Source: a bacterium
GTDB taxonomy: Bacteria; RBG-13-61-14; DATKZS01
Assembly (NCBI GenBank): GCA_046484135.1
Contig: JAWOBU010000045.1
Location: 1-24,874, forward strand
Reading direction: 5' to 3'
Length of the DNA: 24,874 nucleotides
How positions within the stretch are numbered: position 1 is the first letter of the stretch; each line of letters begins with the position of its first letter. The notes beneath the pieces were generated by a model, which had not been told where the DNA came from, searched no databases, and was given only the letters and a program-made list of their open reading frames with translations. This document shows positions 9,307 to 21,454 of this stretch, piece by piece. The translations under genes were made by a program, and so were the position numbers.

Positions 9307-10308
9307 TTATTTCCAGGTGATCCTGGGCCGCTGTCTCGGGACCGCCTTGTCTATCCTTCCCTTGGGCCATCCCACCGCGATGCTGGTTGCGATGCGGAGC
9401 GGCCACTCGACACCCAGCTCTTTTACGAGCTCTTTGTCGGGCATGGTGTTCAAGGCGGTTATAAACCCCACGTAGCAGGTGCCGAGCCCCAGGCTGTGTG
9501 CGGCCAGCACCATGTTCTGGGCGCAGATGCCCGCGTCCAGCGCGGGCTGTCCTATTCCCCTTTTGTCGGAGAGGACCACGATCACCGCGGGCGCGCCGAA
9601 GTAAAGGGTGTCCCTTAACACCGCGGTGTCCATGCCGGACATGACCCGCACGTCCATGTCCCCCGGCCGCCAGAAGCTCAAAAGGTTCCACAGCCAGCGG
9701 GCCGCCCGGCTTCCGGGCTTGAGGTAGTTCTCGCTCATCCGTCGCAGGGACTTGAGAGACGAGGTCTCGATCCTGCGGATCAGCTCCTGGTCCCGGATGC
9801 ACACGAACTCCCAGGACTGGCAGTTGCCGCCGGTGGGAGAGTAGCGGCCGGCCTCCATGACCCGGTGCAGAAGCTCGTCCGGGACCTCGCGGTTCTTGAA
9901 AAGCCGGTTGCTGCGCCTTTTGTAGATCACCTTCTCCGTCTCGGTAAGCCGGTCTTCAACCTCCTCTAAAGGCGGCGCCTCGTCCTGGCCAAAGGGGTTG
10001 GGAAGCTCGACCTTGCCATGGTGAAGCGATTTGTACCTGCCCTCACGGACCACGTACCCGCCCTTAACTTCCACCGCGTCCTCCGGGCAGACCGCCTCGC
10101 AGTTGCGGCAGCCCAGGCAGGCGACCTCCAGGCCCTTGTAGCCCCGGATGTGAGGAGGACCATCCTCAGGCATCGCCAGAATGTGGGTCGGGCACGTGCG
10201 CACGCACCTCCCGCACCGGTTGCAAAGCTCCGGGTCAACCTCGAACCTGGGAAAATCCGCGGGCGGGTAATGGGCCTTGCCCATGTACTCGAGCTTCATG
10301 ATGGACAC
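9307..10308 (-). CDS. Nitroreductase-family protein with N-terminal 2x[4Fe-4S] ferredoxin domain
   Basis: CNRCGRCVRTCP and CLGCRNCEAVCP; nitroreductase motifs 'KRRSNRLF', 'SPTGGNCQSWEF', 'QNMVLAAHSLGLGTCYVG'. Confidence 0.9.
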   Translation of the reverse strand: MSIMKLEYMGKAHYPPADFPRFEVDPELCNRCGRCVRTCPTHILAMPEDGPPHIRGYKGLEVACLGCRNCEAVCPEDAVEVKGGYVVREGRYKSLHHGKVELPNPFGQDEAPPLEEVEDRLTETEKVIYKRRSNRLFKNREVPDELLHRVMEAGRYSPTGGNCQSWEFVCIRDQELIRRIETSSLKSLRRMSENYLKPGSRAARWLWNLLSFWRPGDMDVRVMSGMDTAVLRDTLYFGAPAVIVVLSDKRGIGQPALDAGICAQNMVLAAHSLGLGTCYVGFITALNTMPDKELVKELGVEWPLRIATSIAVGWPKGRIDKAVPRQRPRITWK

Positions 10309-10489
10309 CCCCTTTCAGTAAGATGAGATGGAAGCAGTTATGTCTTCCGCCGGCTTGACGGGAGCAGTATAGCGGAAAGGGATTCGGTGTTCAAAAGAAT
10401 CTTGGAGGGGTATCTGAACTGATTGTTCAAGATATGTTGAACTTTAGAATTTCGGTTCTCCAGGATTAAGCGTACTTTCGTGCTGGAAC

Positions 10490-11290
10490 TCAGCCCGCGA
10501 TCTTGTGGAGCTCTTCCATGATCTTGGGCATGGCTTCGCCGGTGGGCTCTTTTATATAGAGCTCGGTTAAGGCGGAGAAGGAGTTATCGGTGGGGTTTAT
10601 CTCGATGATTTTGGCGCCTGCCTGATGGGCCTGCTGGGGCATGGCCGCGGCAGGATACACCACTCCCGAGGTCCCGAGCACGATCATGACCTCGCACTCG
10701 GAGGCCGCTTTAAAGGACTGGTGCAACATCTGCACCGCCTCCCCGAACATGACTACGTCCGGCCGGGTCATGCCTCCGCAATCGCACTTGGGCATGATCG
10801 CCATCACCTTTTGAAGATCGAACCCTTCGTTCTCCAGGGTCTGGCGGGCCTTCCTTAACAGCTCGGGTTTGTCCAGCGGGTACTTACGGCCGCAACTTAT
10901 ACAGCGGGCCCGGAACAGGTTGCCGTGAACGTCGTACACGTTGGTGTTGCCTGCGTCAGTGTGGAGGTTGTCTATGTTCTGGGAGATGACCGTGGTAAGG
11001 ATGCCCATTTTTTCCAGCTCGGCCAGGGCGTAATGAGCGGGGTTCGGCTTGGCTGTCTCGAAGATGTGGATGGTGTTCAAGAGGAAGTCCCGGAGCACCT
11101 GGGGCTTCTTTTCCACCATCCTCATGATCCCCTGGACAGTGCCGACTTCGGCGGGGTCGAACTGGTCCCATAGCCCGCCCGGGTCCCGGAAGGTGGGAAT
11201 GCCGCTCTCCGCGGAAATGCCGGCCCCGGTAAAAGCTATTGCCTTGTCCGTGTCCGCAAGAATCCTGGCCGCTTGTTCATAATGACCCAT
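10490..11290 (-). CDS. cobB: Sir2-family NAD-dependent protein deacylase
   Basis: 'TGAGISAESGIPTFR', 'SQNIDNLH', 'VHGN', Zn ligands CISC/CDC, 'RPDVVMFGE', 'GTSGVVYPAA', 'EINP'. Start placed at ATG 11290 (MGHYEQ) because of a GGGGAG RBS. Confidence 0.92.
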   Translation of the reverse strand: MGHYEQAARILADTDKAIAFTGAGISAESGIPTFRDPGGLWDQFDPAEVGTVQGIMRMVEKKPQVLRDFLLNTIHIFETAKPNPAHYALAELEKMGILTTVISQNIDNLHTDAGNTNVYDVHGNLFRARCISCGRKYPLDKPELLRKARQTLENEGFDLQKVMAIMPKCDCGGMTRPDVVMFGEAVQMLHQSFKAASECEVMIVLGTSGVVYPAAAMPQQAHQAGAKIIEINPTDNSFSALTELYIKEPTGEAMPKIMEELHKIAG

Positions 11291-11425
11291 CTTACTCCCC
11301 CGCTTCTTACTGGCCGGCCCGGCCGGTTTTATGTCCAGCCGGCCGCACATTAACCTTAAAAATACCACTAACAGCTATGGAGTCAAGGAGCTCCGCTTGC
11401 CCGGCTTTGTTAATTGAATCCCGGT

Positions 11426-11453
11426 TTGACACCTGCTTCCATTTATATATAAT
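11426..11453 (+). promoter_or_regulatory. Sigma70 promoter of the asd leader
   Basis: TTGACA (11426-31), 16 nt, TATAAT (11448-53); both hexamers are perfect consensus. Confidence 0.8.
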
Positions 11454-11474
11454 ATGTGATCAAGGAAGATGGAA

Positions 11475-11543
11475 ATGTTTGGAAAACTTTACCGCACTAC
11501 CGGCCGAAAGCGCACTTCCGGGGGAGGAAGGCGTCCGGCCTGA
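11475..11543 (+). CDS. Putative asd leader peptide MFGKLYRTTGRKRTSGGGRRPA (alternative start 11469)
   Basis: AAGGA RBS (11462-66) 8 nt before ATG 11475; TGA at 11541-43; overlaps the attenuator hairpins. Confidence 0.5.
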   Translation: MFGKLYRTTGRKRTSGGGRRPA

Positions 11544-11565
11544 TTAGTGTTCAATCGCTTTGCCG

Positions 11566-11593
11566 GCCGCCTGTAACTCGGGCGGCTTTTTTT
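11566..11593 (+). terminator. Intrinsic terminator (attenuator) upstream of asd
   Basis: GCCGCCTG-taact-CGGGCGGC stem followed by T7, lying between the promoter and the asd start. Confidence 0.8.
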
Positions 11594-11622
11594 ATGCAAC
11601 AGACATATGAGGAGGGACAGGC

Positions 11623-12648
11623 ATGGACAGGAAGGGCTATCGTGTAATCGTTGTGGGCATCGGCATGGTGGGGACCAGGATGGTCGAGGTGCTGCTGGAG
11701 CGCAGCAAGCTCCCGGTAAAGGAGATCAAGATTCTGGCCACCCGGGAGCGCTACGAAAAGGTGGCCGGCCGCAAGTTCAAGGTAAAAAAGGCGGACGCCT
11801 CCGAGTTCGACGGTTTTGACATAGCTTTTTTCGCGGGCACCGAGGGAGCATCGGGCGCATCCAAGGTGTACGGTTTCGAGGCCATCAAGCGGGGCTGCAT
11901 TGTCATTGACAACGGCAAGGACTTCAGGATGGACAAGCGGGTGCCGCTGGTGGTGCCGGAGGTGAACGCCGAGCACCTTAAGAAGCACGAGGGGTTTGTG
12001 GCCAATCCCAACTGCTCGACCATCCAGGCCATGATGGTCATGGGACCCATTTATAAGCAGTCGAAGATCAAGAGGCTGGTGGTGTCCACTTATCAGGCGG
12101 TGTCCGGGTCGGGAAGCAAAGCATATGACGAGCTCATCGCCCAGACCAAAGACCGGGCCGCGGGCCGGAAGTTAAAAACCGACGCCTATCCGGTCCCCAT
12201 TCTCGGGAACCTCATTCCCCAGATATCCGGGCCGGTGGACGAGATGCCGGGCTACTTTGACGAGGAAGCCAAGATGAGACGCGAGAGCAGGAAGATACTG
12301 GGCGACCGGCATCTCAAGGTGAGCGCCACCTGCGTGCGGGTCCCGGTTTTGAACTCCCACGCCGAGGCCATGAACATCCAGACCGCGGACAAAATGACGC
12401 CCGGCGAGGTAAGAAAGACCCTTAACCGGGCGCCCGGCGTCAAGGTGGTGGACGATCCCCAAAAAGGGGTGTGGCCTTACCCGCTCATGGCGGACGGAAA
12501 GGACGAAGTGTTCGTGGGAAGAATCCGCGAGGACACCTCGGCCAAGAACTGCATTGACCTCTTTTGCGTGGGAGACAACATCAGGAAAGGGGCGGCCTTA
12601 AACGCCATCCAGATCGCGGAAAAGATGAAGGCCATGAAGCTGATCTAA
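11623..12648 (+). CDS. asd: Aspartate-semialdehyde dehydrogenase
   Basis: 'VIDN...FRMD..VPLVVPEVN', catalytic 'NPNCST', 'STYQAVSGSG', 'TCVRVPV..SHAE', 'DNIRKGAALNAIQIAE'; RBS GAGGAGG. Confidence 0.95.
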   Translation: MDRKGYRVIVVGIGMVGTRMVEVLLERSKLPVKEIKILATRERYEKVAGRKFKVKKADASEFDGFDIAFFAGTEGASGASKVYGFEAIKRGCIVIDNGKDFRMDKRVPLVVPEVNAEHLKKHEGFVANPNCSTIQAMMVMGPIYKQSKIKRLVVSTYQAVSGSGSKAYDELIAQTKDRAAGRKLKTDAYPVPILGNLIPQISGPVDEMPGYFDEEAKMRRESRKILGDRHLKVSATCVRVPVLNSHAEAMNIQTADKMTPGEVRKTLNRAPGVKVVDDPQKGVWPYPLMADGKDEVFVGRIREDTSAKNCIDLFCVGDNIRKGAALNAIQIAEKMKAMKLI

Positions 12649-12654
12649 AGGGCA

Positions 12655-13851
12655 TCAGTAAGCCTCTATGATGAAGCCGAGGACGTAGACGAACCGGTCT
12701 TTATCGTTTAACAGGGCCTCGGGCACGTTGTAAAAAGGCGCGGCCTCGCGCACCGCCCGCACCGAGGCTGCGTCCACCACCGGGTAGCCGCAGGAGTCTA
12801 TGACCTCCACGCTGACTAGGTCGCCATTATCCCGGGTCTCGATCCGAAGCCTGGTCTTTAAGGGAGTGCCGGTCCATCTGATGCCGGAGAGCGCCTGCTG
12901 CGGCTCCCAGTAAAACCGGATGATCTTGTTTATGCGGTTATAAAAGGAAGCGTAAGTAAACGCCTTGGCGTTAAGGCTGGTTATCTTTCCCCGGGCCATG
13001 TCCGAAGAGAAGTGCTCAATGGAGCCGTCATCGCTCTCATAGGTCTTGCTGGCGTCGTACTGGTTTATCTCGAGGTCTTCGTTTTTCAGCCGCTCGGCTT
13101 TGCGCCGCGCGATCCTGACCTCTGATTTTTCCGGTTCAGACTCCGGCGACGGGGCCGCTAAAGGCGCCGGAGAGTCCTGCCGCCTGGTCCGTACGTCCGG
13201 CTCCGGCCGGGAGTCGCCTCTTTTCGACTTAGTCGGGCTCCTTTTGGCAACCTCTTTTGCCGGCTTATCGGCAGGGGACTCCCGCTTGTCCTGGTTGTAG
13301 GTTGCGCGCTTTTCCGCCGCCTTTTGCGAATCGGTCTTCTTCTTGCCTTGCGGCTTGTTCTCGTAGTCTTTGGTGGTGGGTTCCGGGTTCCGGTCAGGTT
13401 TTTTGAGAGCATATTCGTCCGGAGAGCCGGTCCGGGCTTTGCTCATCTTCACTGTCTCCCGGTCGGTATTCATGTTGCGCCGGGACAGAAAGCGGGCGTT
13501 TTCCGGCGCTTTCTCCGGGTCGGAGTCCTCGGGCGCTCCCAGGTCCACCAGCTTCATCTGTTTTACCGGCACAGCAAAAAAATCGGTGATTGGTTTCTTT
13601 TCCTTCTCTTCCGGCTCCGGCTCAGGAGGCCGCTTCTTTTTACGCACCGACTCCTCCGGTTCCCTGCTGTCAGAGGTTTTCTCGACCTCTTCGGGCAGGC
13701 GCGAGAGCTCGATATACGTCTGCTCTCTGTCCGACCGGCCCTCCGCAAGAACCGGAAGATTATACGCGGCGTAAAGATGCAGGGCCACGGAGATCAATAA
13801 AGCCACGGCACGTACTGTGATGGTCTCCTTCTTTTTCATCAGACTGCCCAC
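12655..13851 (-). CDS. TonB/TolA-like energy transducer family protein (start may be 13839)
   Basis: N-terminal TM with S-x3-H ('ISVALH'), long Lys/Glu/Pro-rich linker, TonB_C-like end 'SCGYPVVDAASVRAVREAAPF..VP'. Confidence 0.75.
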   Translation of the reverse strand: MGSLMKKKETITVRAVALLISVALHLYAAYNLPVLAEGRSDREQTYIELSRLPEEVEKTSDSREPEESVRKKKRPPEPEPEEKEKKPITDFFAVPVKQMKLVDLGAPEDSDPEKAPENARFLSRRNMNTDRETVKMSKARTGSPDEYALKKPDRNPEPTTKDYENKPQGKKKTDSQKAAEKRATYNQDKRESPADKPAKEVAKRSPTKSKRGDSRPEPDVRTRRQDSPAPLAAPSPESEPEKSEVRIARRKAERLKNEDLEINQYDASKTYESDDGSIEHFSSDMARGKITSLNAKAFTYASFYNRINKIIRFYWEPQQALSGIRWTGTPLKTRLRIETRDNGDLVSVEVIDSCGYPVVDAASVRAVREAAPFYNVPEALLNDKDRFVYVLGFIIEAY

Positions 13852-14069
13852 TCCCAGATGTTAGCATAAAGCGCGTCAATCTTAAGGGGGAGGCGAAGTT
13901 GTTCCTCCCTTTTTTACACTTTCCCCGCTCCGTGTTCGACAGACAGGAGCCTCTTTAAAAAACCGCCGGCCGGTCGACCCTGCCGGGGGGCGCCCCGGCA
14001 GGGCTGTTGATTATTTTCCCGTGTTTACGGCCGACATACAAATTTTTCCTCGATTTTCCGAATAACTTC

Positions 14070-14097
14070 TTGACAGAGGCGCCGGATGTGTTATATT
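14070..14097 (+). promoter_or_regulatory. rrn promoter P1
   Basis: TTGACA (14070-75), 16 nt, TG-n-TATATT (14092-97); AT-rich upstream tract. Confidence 0.75.
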
Positions 14098-14193
14098 GAG
14101 TATCAGAGTAAGGGTAGATCCTTGAAACGATGAGAACCGGAAAGCGCGAGAGAGCGCTTTTTAGCTTGGTTCTCATTTTTAAGCTGATTTCTC

Positions 14194-14222
14194 TTGACAG
14201 CGAGGTTCACTTCTGCTATAGT
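14194..14222 (+). promoter_or_regulatory. rrn promoter P2
   Basis: TTGACA (14194-99), 17 nt, TG-c-TATAGT (14217-22); 124 bp downstream of P1. Confidence 0.8.
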
Positions 14223-14269
14223 AGTTAATCCTCGCAGGGTTTCCCGAGGGGGATCGGGCCTGCCTGCTT

Positions 14270-14298
14270 TGTTCTTTGAAAACTAAACAGCAAGTCGG
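14270..14298 (+). promoter_or_regulatory. Leader boxA and 5' arm of the 16S processing stem
   Basis: TGTTCTTTGAAAA boxA; the segment is complementary to 16016-16045 (AAACTAAACAGCAAGT/ACTTGCTGTTTAGTTT). Confidence 0.8.
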
Positions 14299-14374
14299 AA
14301 AACAAGAGAGATGCGGGCCTTGTAAAACTTCGAGTTTTTCAAGGTCAACTTAGAGCCTTGCCTTTAAAAAGATC

Positions 14375-15947
<1,573 letters not shown>

Positions 15948-16069
15948 AAATCGAACGGTTAAATCCGTTCGACATCGAAACGGTTGTCAACCGGAAAGGC
16001 TCTGCATCCTCCTGCCCGAACTTGCTGTTTAGTTTCCAGCGAACAAAAACCGGATACCCTCCGGAGACT

Positions 16070-16081
16070 CGCTCTTTGAAA
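16070..16081 (+). promoter_or_regulatory. Spacer boxA (upstream of tRNA-Ile)
   Basis: CGCTCTTTGAAA. Confidence 0.65.
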
Positions 16082-16140
16082 GTTAATGACGGAAATAGAA
16101 AGCGGCTTCCCGGGTGGGCTCTGGCTCCAACGGCTGAAAC

Positions 16141-16217
16141 GGGCCTATAGCTCAGCTGGTCAGAGCGTTCGCCTGATAAGCGAGAGGTCGTTGGTTCAAA
16201 TCCAACTAGGCCCACCA
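16141..16217 (+). tRNA. tRNA-Ile(GAT)
   Basis: GGGCCTA/TAGGCCC acceptor stem, anticodon loop CT-GAT-AA, GGTTCAAAT T-arm, encoded CCA. Confidence 0.97.
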
Positions 16218-16280
16218 TTTATACCGATCCGGGAGCGCGGACTCGACATTCCGGGCCGGCTGGCCGGAAAACCTTTATAA

Positions 16281-16356
16281 GGGGGCATAGCTCAGATGGG
16301 AGAGCAACTGGTTTGCAACCAGTAGGTCGGCGGTTCGAGTCCGCTTGCCTCCACCA
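16281..16356 (+). tRNA. tRNA-Ala(TGC)
   Basis: GGGGGCA/TGCCTCC acceptor stem with G3:U70, anticodon loop TT-TGC-AA, encoded CCA. Confidence 0.97.
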
Positions 16357-16390
16357 GAAGATGAACTGATGCAAAGGACAGTAGCGAAGA

Positions 16391-16699
16391 ATGAAACAAA
16401 ACAAACCGGTTTTCCATATCCTGTTCAGCAAGGAAGAAAACGGCTATACAGGAATATGCCTTGAATTGAATGTAGCCTCTGAAGGTGACACCTTGGAGGA
16501 AGCTCGAAAGAACATCAGGGAAGCCGTGGGATTGTATCTGGAAAGTGTCTACCAAAAAGGGGACGAGGAAGAATCTATTCCCAGGCCGGCGCCCATGGAG
16601 TACTGGCTTAAGTATCTCAGCCTGCAGGAAAGAAAGCTGAGAGAAGCTCTGAGAGAGAATCCGGAGCCGGAGTTAGAGTTTGAAGAAGCCGTCGCCTGA
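16391..16699 (+). CDS. hicB: HicB-family antitoxin (short form, no obvious DNA-binding domain)
   Basis: 'EENGYTGICLELNVASEGDTLEEARKNIREAVGLYLE' matches the HicB/UPF0150 signature; RBS AAGGA at 16374-78; TGATG coupling to the next gene. Confidence 0.88.
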   Translation: MKQNKPVFHILFSKEENGYTGICLELNVASEGDTLEEARKNIREAVGLYLESVYQKGDEEESIPRPAPMEYWLKYLSLQERKLREALRENPEPELEFEEAVA

Positions 16700-16932
16700 T
16701 GCGTACCCGGTTGAGGAACATAGGCACGGCTGAGGTGGAAAGGGTATTGAGGAAAGCCGGCTTTACGGTGGACAGGCAGAAAGGAAGCCATAAACAATAC
16801 CTTAAGGAAGTTGAAGGAAAGGCGTTCAGAGTGACGGTAGCCGTGAACAGAAAAAGTTATAACACTTCAACTATTAAAAGCATGATATCGCAATCCGGCA
16901 TGACCGAAAGCGAATGGGAAGAGCTGTTGTAG
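16699..16932 (+). CDS. hicA: HicA-family toxin (dsRBD-fold RNase)
   Basis: 77 aa; 'EVERVLRKAGF...RQKGSHKQY...VTV...TIKSMISQSGM' with the conserved GSH His (codon 16789-91). Confidence 0.9.
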   Translation: MRTRLRNIGTAEVERVLRKAGFTVDRQKGSHKQYLKEVEGKAFRVTVAVNRKSYNTSTIKSMISQSGMTESEWEELL

Positions 16933-17008
16933 ACTCCTGATTGTAAGGTAATTGAACGCAATTTTTTAATAAAGATTTTAAAGATTCCCGATCTCTTGAA
17001 ATATAAGG

Positions 17009-17140
17009 GACGGCGTCCGTAAGTCCGTCATGCTCTTTGACAACCTGGTGAATTAGTTTTTTTTCGTCAAGGATCTTCTTTTTTGGATTCTGAACCGGAT
17101 AAGTATTCGGTTCAGCCGCTTTAGGGGCGGATTGATTCCA
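17009..17140 (+). promoter_or_regulatory. boxB-like hairpin, boxA and 5' arm of the 23S processing stem
   Basis: GACGG...CCGTC hairpin, then TGCTCTTTGACAA (17031-43). 17040-17140 is complementary to 20206-20274 (ACAACCTGGTG/CACCAGGTTGT; TTTTTTCGTCAAGG/CCTTGACGAAAAAA; GGTTCAGCCGCTT/AAGCGGCTGAACC). Confidence 0.8.
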
Positions 17141-17147
17141 TGTTTAT

Positions 17148-20202
<3,055 letters not shown>

Positions 20203-20294
20203 CTTTGGAATCAACCGCCCACTTAAGCGGCTGAACCAAAATTACCCTTGACGAAAAAACAAGCACCAGGTTGTGAAAATATAATCACTAAGTT

Positions 20295-20410
20295 TCCGGT
20301 GGCGATAGCGGAGGGGAAACACCCGTTTCCATCCCGAACACGGAAGTTAAGCCCTCCTGCGCCGATGGTACTGCCGGGCTGCCCCGGTGGGAGAGTAGGT
20401 CGCCGCCGGA
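20295..20410 (+). rRNA. rrf: 5S rRNA
   Basis: TCCGGTGGCGA/TCGCCGCCGGA helix I, CCGAACACGGAAGTTAAG, GCCGATGGTACT, GGGAGAGTAGG. Confidence 0.98.
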
Positions 20411-20610
20411 TTTTTTTATATCCCCCAACTTTTCAATGCTCGTGTAATTGCCGGAAAATCCTTTATTTACCGAACAAGATTAGAAAATTCTAATTTTGTT
20501 CTAATCTTATTTTAACCTCGGCTGTGAGATAATATTTACAAATTCATAGAGATGTCAAAATGGGGCGTGCATGCCTTTGTCATCGGCTATGAACCTAATG
20601 GGGTGAGAAA

Positions 20611-20841
20611 ATGAGCATAAAGATAATCAGCGATGAAATGATGAAATTGATTGAAAGAAAAACGGGCATGACTGCGGAAGAAATAGAAGAGTTGGATTTA
20701 GATGATTATTTTCCAAACCAATCCATTGATACAGGACAAGCTTACATGTGTAGAGGAAATGTCTCATCTATCTTGGCACAGAGGGCTGCCCCCTCTCCCC
20801 CGTGCGAGCGACTTCTGTCGCGACAAGTTTTTGTTCCGTAA
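20611..20841 (+). CDS. Small hypothetical protein, probably truncated or fused at the IS junction
   Basis: AT-rich, protein-like N-terminus (TGMTAEEIEELDLDDYF); composition switches to GC-rich at about 20775. Confidence 0.35.
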   Translation: MSIKIISDEMMKLIERKTGMTAEEIEELDLDDYFPNQSIDTGQAYMCRGNVSSILAQRAAPSPPCERLLSRQVFVP

Positions 20842-21454
20842 GCTAAAAAAGCTCCTCTTCTCTTCTCTGCCTTTGGCCGTGGGCGACTCGGTTTATTCCC
20901 TTTCCTCTCGCGAATTTTGGCTCGGCCAGGTTTCCCGGCCTAACGCTGCTTTGCTTCTTGAGACGCTCTATAAAGAGTTGGACGCCCAGGAGTCCCTCAA
21001 GAGTGATGTCGAGAAGTTGCTTTTGCGTCTTATGCGCACAACGCGAGAGTTCAAGCTGTTGCTCACCATCCCTGGAGTAGGCAAGATATCTGCTGCCATC
21101 CTGGCGGCGATCATTGACGACCCGGAACGGTTCGAAGACAAGCGGAGCTTGTGGAAGTACAGCTCTCTTTCCGTGCGCCGCCGGTGCTCCGGCGACCCTG
21201 GCCGGGCCAAGGAGAGCGCTTCTCCTTCCGGCAACCGGCTTATGAAGTACGCGGCCATGACGGCCGCCAACAGCGCGATACGGGGCGACAACCGTTTTTC
21301 CCGCCATTACCGGAAGATGTTGGAGGAGGGCATTGATCCGGCGATGGCCAAGAAGACGGTGGCAAGGAAAATATTGGCGACGGCGCTGGCTATTCTCAAG
21401 TCCGGCGAGTGCTATCGTGATGACGCGGGGAAGAGCTCGGCGGTTTCGGAGTGA
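20702..21454 (+). pseudogene. IS110-family recombinase, N-terminally truncated (RuvC-like DEDD domain missing)
   Basis: C-terminal Tnp domain 'LLTIPGVGKISAA....IDDPERF....LWKY..L.....SG', 'GNRLMK', 'A..TVARKI....AILK'. Resemblance starts only around 20830-20880. Confidence 0.85.

Noticed and set aside
10490..11290. Sir2 as an anti-phage NADase (Thoeris/DSR type)
   Set aside because: It has the Zn-binding module and all motifs of housekeeping CobB deacylases, and no defence partner.
11291..11368. 26-aa N-terminal extension of cobB in the ORF track
   Set aside because: No Sir2 similarity; the better RBS precedes ATG 11290.
11456..11600. Lysine, SAM or T-box riboswitch upstream of asd
   Set aside because: The leader is short and I could not find their conserved motifs; a leader-peptide model fits better.
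259..13820. Long antisense or alternate-frame ORFs (e.g. 1485-2579, 3636-4673, 5875-6726, 7077-8477)
   Set aside because: Shadow ORFs of GC-rich genes with no recognisable motifs.
16276..17009. TATAAGGG repeat (16276, 17002) as att site or target duplication for hicBA
   Set aside because: Only 8 bp, it would include tRNA-Ala in the insert, and there is no tRNA 3'-end duplication or integrase.
20543..20550. TTCATAGA identical to the IS right-junction 8-mer, as a possible left end
   Set aside because: The sequence that follows does not encode an IS110 N-terminal domain; plausible by chance in AT-rich DNA.
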